Assembly (NCBI GenBank): GCA_002269645.1
Contig: NIVC01003311.1
Location: 40,535 to 104,534 of the forward strand
Direction of reading: 5' to 3'
Source of the DNA: Macrostomum lignano
Taxonomy: Eukaryota
DNA: 64,000 nucleotides
Numbering within the stretch: position 1 is the first letter of the stretch; every line of letters starts with the position of its first letter. The position numbers and the translations under genes were made by a program. Of this stretch, positions 61,701 through 64,000 are shown in pieces. The notes under the pieces are model-generated. The model made no database searches and was not told the DNA's origin. It was given only the letters and a program-made list of their open reading frames with translations.

Positions 61701-63551
61701 TTCTATAGCTATGCATGCAAGGGCCCCTCAGAGGAGATGCTTAAACACTGCAGTGCATTTTTCCTAGCAATTATTGGGACACGAAGTGTTGGGCCACTGT
61801 GTGTGTGTCTAGTTTTTTCCGCATTTGTTAAGTCACCTAAAGAACTCAATTAATAAAGGGCTCCAGAACAAATTGATGGGCAAACGGATGACACACTGCA
61901 CAGAGACTTGTTGGGACATATTAAAAACAGCTTATTTTAGAATGGGTACACTTTACTAAAGTAGAATGCTCCTACAGAAAGCTGCAAGCAAACTAGCATC
62001 TTCTGGAGCTGACATGCAGAGAAGAATGATTTTGTCGTCCTTGAAATCACTAAATAGATATGCGAAATCGATCTTTTGCTAATCCCACCACAGGTTCCAG
62101 TGAAAAGAAGAAACGAAACCCATTGACTAAATTGGCAGTCGACTCAATCGATGCCGACTGCAACGACCTGTCAGCTTCGAACTCAGGAGAGCAGCTAATA
62201 GTCTACGAGAGTAATGCTAGATGCCAGAATGCTTCACAGCATCAAAGTCTTAAGCAGAAGCTTCAATGAAAGGTTAGTTCATGCTGTGGCTGCATTCGTT
62301 TTCGTGTCTAGAAGCGTTATAACTTTTTGTACTTTTAACTCTCAGATCGGGTCTTAGCAGATTCTATAGCTATGCATGCAAGGGCCCCTCAGAGGAGATG
62401 CTTAAACACTGCAGTGCATTTTTCCTAGCAATTATTGGGACACGAAGTGTTGGGCCACTGTGTGTGTGTCTAGTTTTTTCCGCATTTGTTAAGTCACCTA
62501 AAGAACTCAATTAATAAAGGGCTCCAGAACAAATTGATGGGCAAACGGATGACACACTGCACAGAGACTTGTTGGGACATATTAAAAACAGCTTTTTTAG
62601 AATGGGTACACTTTACTAAAGTAGAATGCTCCTACAGAAAGCTGCAAGCAAACTAGCATCTTCTGGAGCTGACATGCAGAGAAGAATGATTTTGTCGTCC
62701 TTGAAATCACTAAATAGATATGCGAAATCGATCTTTTGCTAATCCCACCACAGGTTCCAGTGAAAAGAAGAAACGAAACCCATTGACTAAATTGGCAGTC
62801 GACTCAATCGATGCCGACTGCAACGGACCTGTCAGCTTCGAACTCAGGAGAGCAGCTAATAGTCTACGAGAGTAATGCTAGATGCCAGAATGCTTCACAG
62901 CATCAAAGTCTTAAGCAGAAGCTTCAATGAAAGGTTAGTTCATGCTGTGGCTGCATTCGTTTTCGTGTCTAGAAGCGTTATAACTTTTTGTACTTTTAAC
63001 TCTCAGATCGGGTCTTAGCAGATTCTATAGCTATGCATGCAAGGGCCCCTCAGAGGAGATGCTTAAACACTGCAGTGCATTTTTCCTAGCAATTATTGGG
63101 ACACGAAGTGTTGGGCCACTGTGTGTGTGTCTAGTTTTTTCCGCATTTGTTAAGTCACCTAAAGAACTCAATTAATAAAGGGCTCCAGAACAAATTGATG
63201 GGCAAACGGATGACACACTGCACAGAGACTTGTTGGGACATATTAAAAACAGCTTATTTTAGAATGGGTACACTTTACTAAAGTAGAATGCTCCTACAGA
63301 AAGCTGCAAGCAAACTAGCATCTTCTGGAGCTGACATGCAGAGAAGAATGATTTTGTCGTCCTTGAAATCACTAAATAGATATGCGAAATCGATCTTTTG
63401 CTAATCCCACCACAGGTTCCAGTGAAAAGAAGAAACGAAACCCATTGACTAAATTGGCAGTCGACTCAATCGATGCCGACTGCAACGGACCTGTCAGCTT
63501 CGAACTCAGGAGAGCAGCTAATAGTCTACGAGAGTAATGCTAGATGCCAGA
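49710..63551. repeat. Macrosatellite: ~21 near-identical tandem copies of a ~664-bp unit
   Basis: The anchor TTTTAACTCTCAG ends at 49736, 50400, 51066 ... 54386, 55050, 55714, 56378, 57040 ... 62345 and 63006 (period 661-666). The array stops at ...GCTAGATGCCAG near 63551. Confidence 0.98.
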
Positions 63552-64000
63552 GTGCTCTAAATAACGAGACTCCTGTTTTCTCACTCGACCGGAATTTGTT
63601 GTTTAATCTGCCTTAACTAATCTCTGCGTTTCAGTTTTTCAGTTTCACTGTCAATTTTAGGTTTTTTTCTAAGCGCAAGTGTAATTGAATTTTTATTCAT
63701 ATTAGTCAGGCATATTGCGTACAGCATTATAGCGTATTAGTAAAGGTAAAGGTAAATAGACTGCTTGTAACTAGTTTTTCCTTCATGTGGATTGGCTTTA
63801 ACGAACTTTTGTATTTCAAGTAATGCTGAATTCGCTGGACTGAGGACAATATAGTTACACGATGATATGCTATTCCTTCACTTTCAATAGATCATACTAT
63901 TAGTATGGGACGTGCTTTTTTATTTCAATGTATGCTTTTTTCATCATTTAAATGCTAAAAATACTTAATAGGTCATTGCACTGTGTGGTATGTGTGTGTT

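Noticed and set aside
62060-62269. 69-aa ORF inside the macrosatellite
   Set aside because: It arises from a one-base deletion in a single unit, probably a sequencing error or local mutation.
49710-63551. Tandem unit as an SL RNA, snRNA, 5S rRNA or histone gene cluster
   Set aside because: I could not find a 5S, U1, U2 or U6 5' sequence, a leader ending in AUG|GU with an Sm site, or a histone ORF. An Rfam search would be decisive.

Overview
Eukaryotic (metazoan) genomic DNA, not prokaryotic. GC-rich, polyQ-rich exons, minisatellite-packed introns and (GACA)n tracts resemble a flatworm such as Macrostomum lignano; that assignment is inference. By hand I reconstructed six protein-coding genes, all on the + strand, with phase-consistent GT-AG junctions: 8-exon NADSYN1 (397-10477), intronless WDR48/UAF1 (11563-13959), two tandem PGAM5 paralogs (16152-17754 and 19997-21683), a 3-exon SAM-domain plus TKL-like pseudokinase gene (23651-27654) and 4-exon Drosha (30231-44938). 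Twelve of the 14 introns are mostly tandem repeat, each with its own unit (10-103 bp). The two PGAM5 paralogs have introns at different positions, and one 28-bp array recurs 20 kb away inside Drosha. Together these suggest minisatellite-associated intron gain or mobility. The last 14 kb is about 21 near-identical copies of a ~664-bp unit carrying splice-like signals. Most entries in the supplied ORF track are repeat-derived artefacts.
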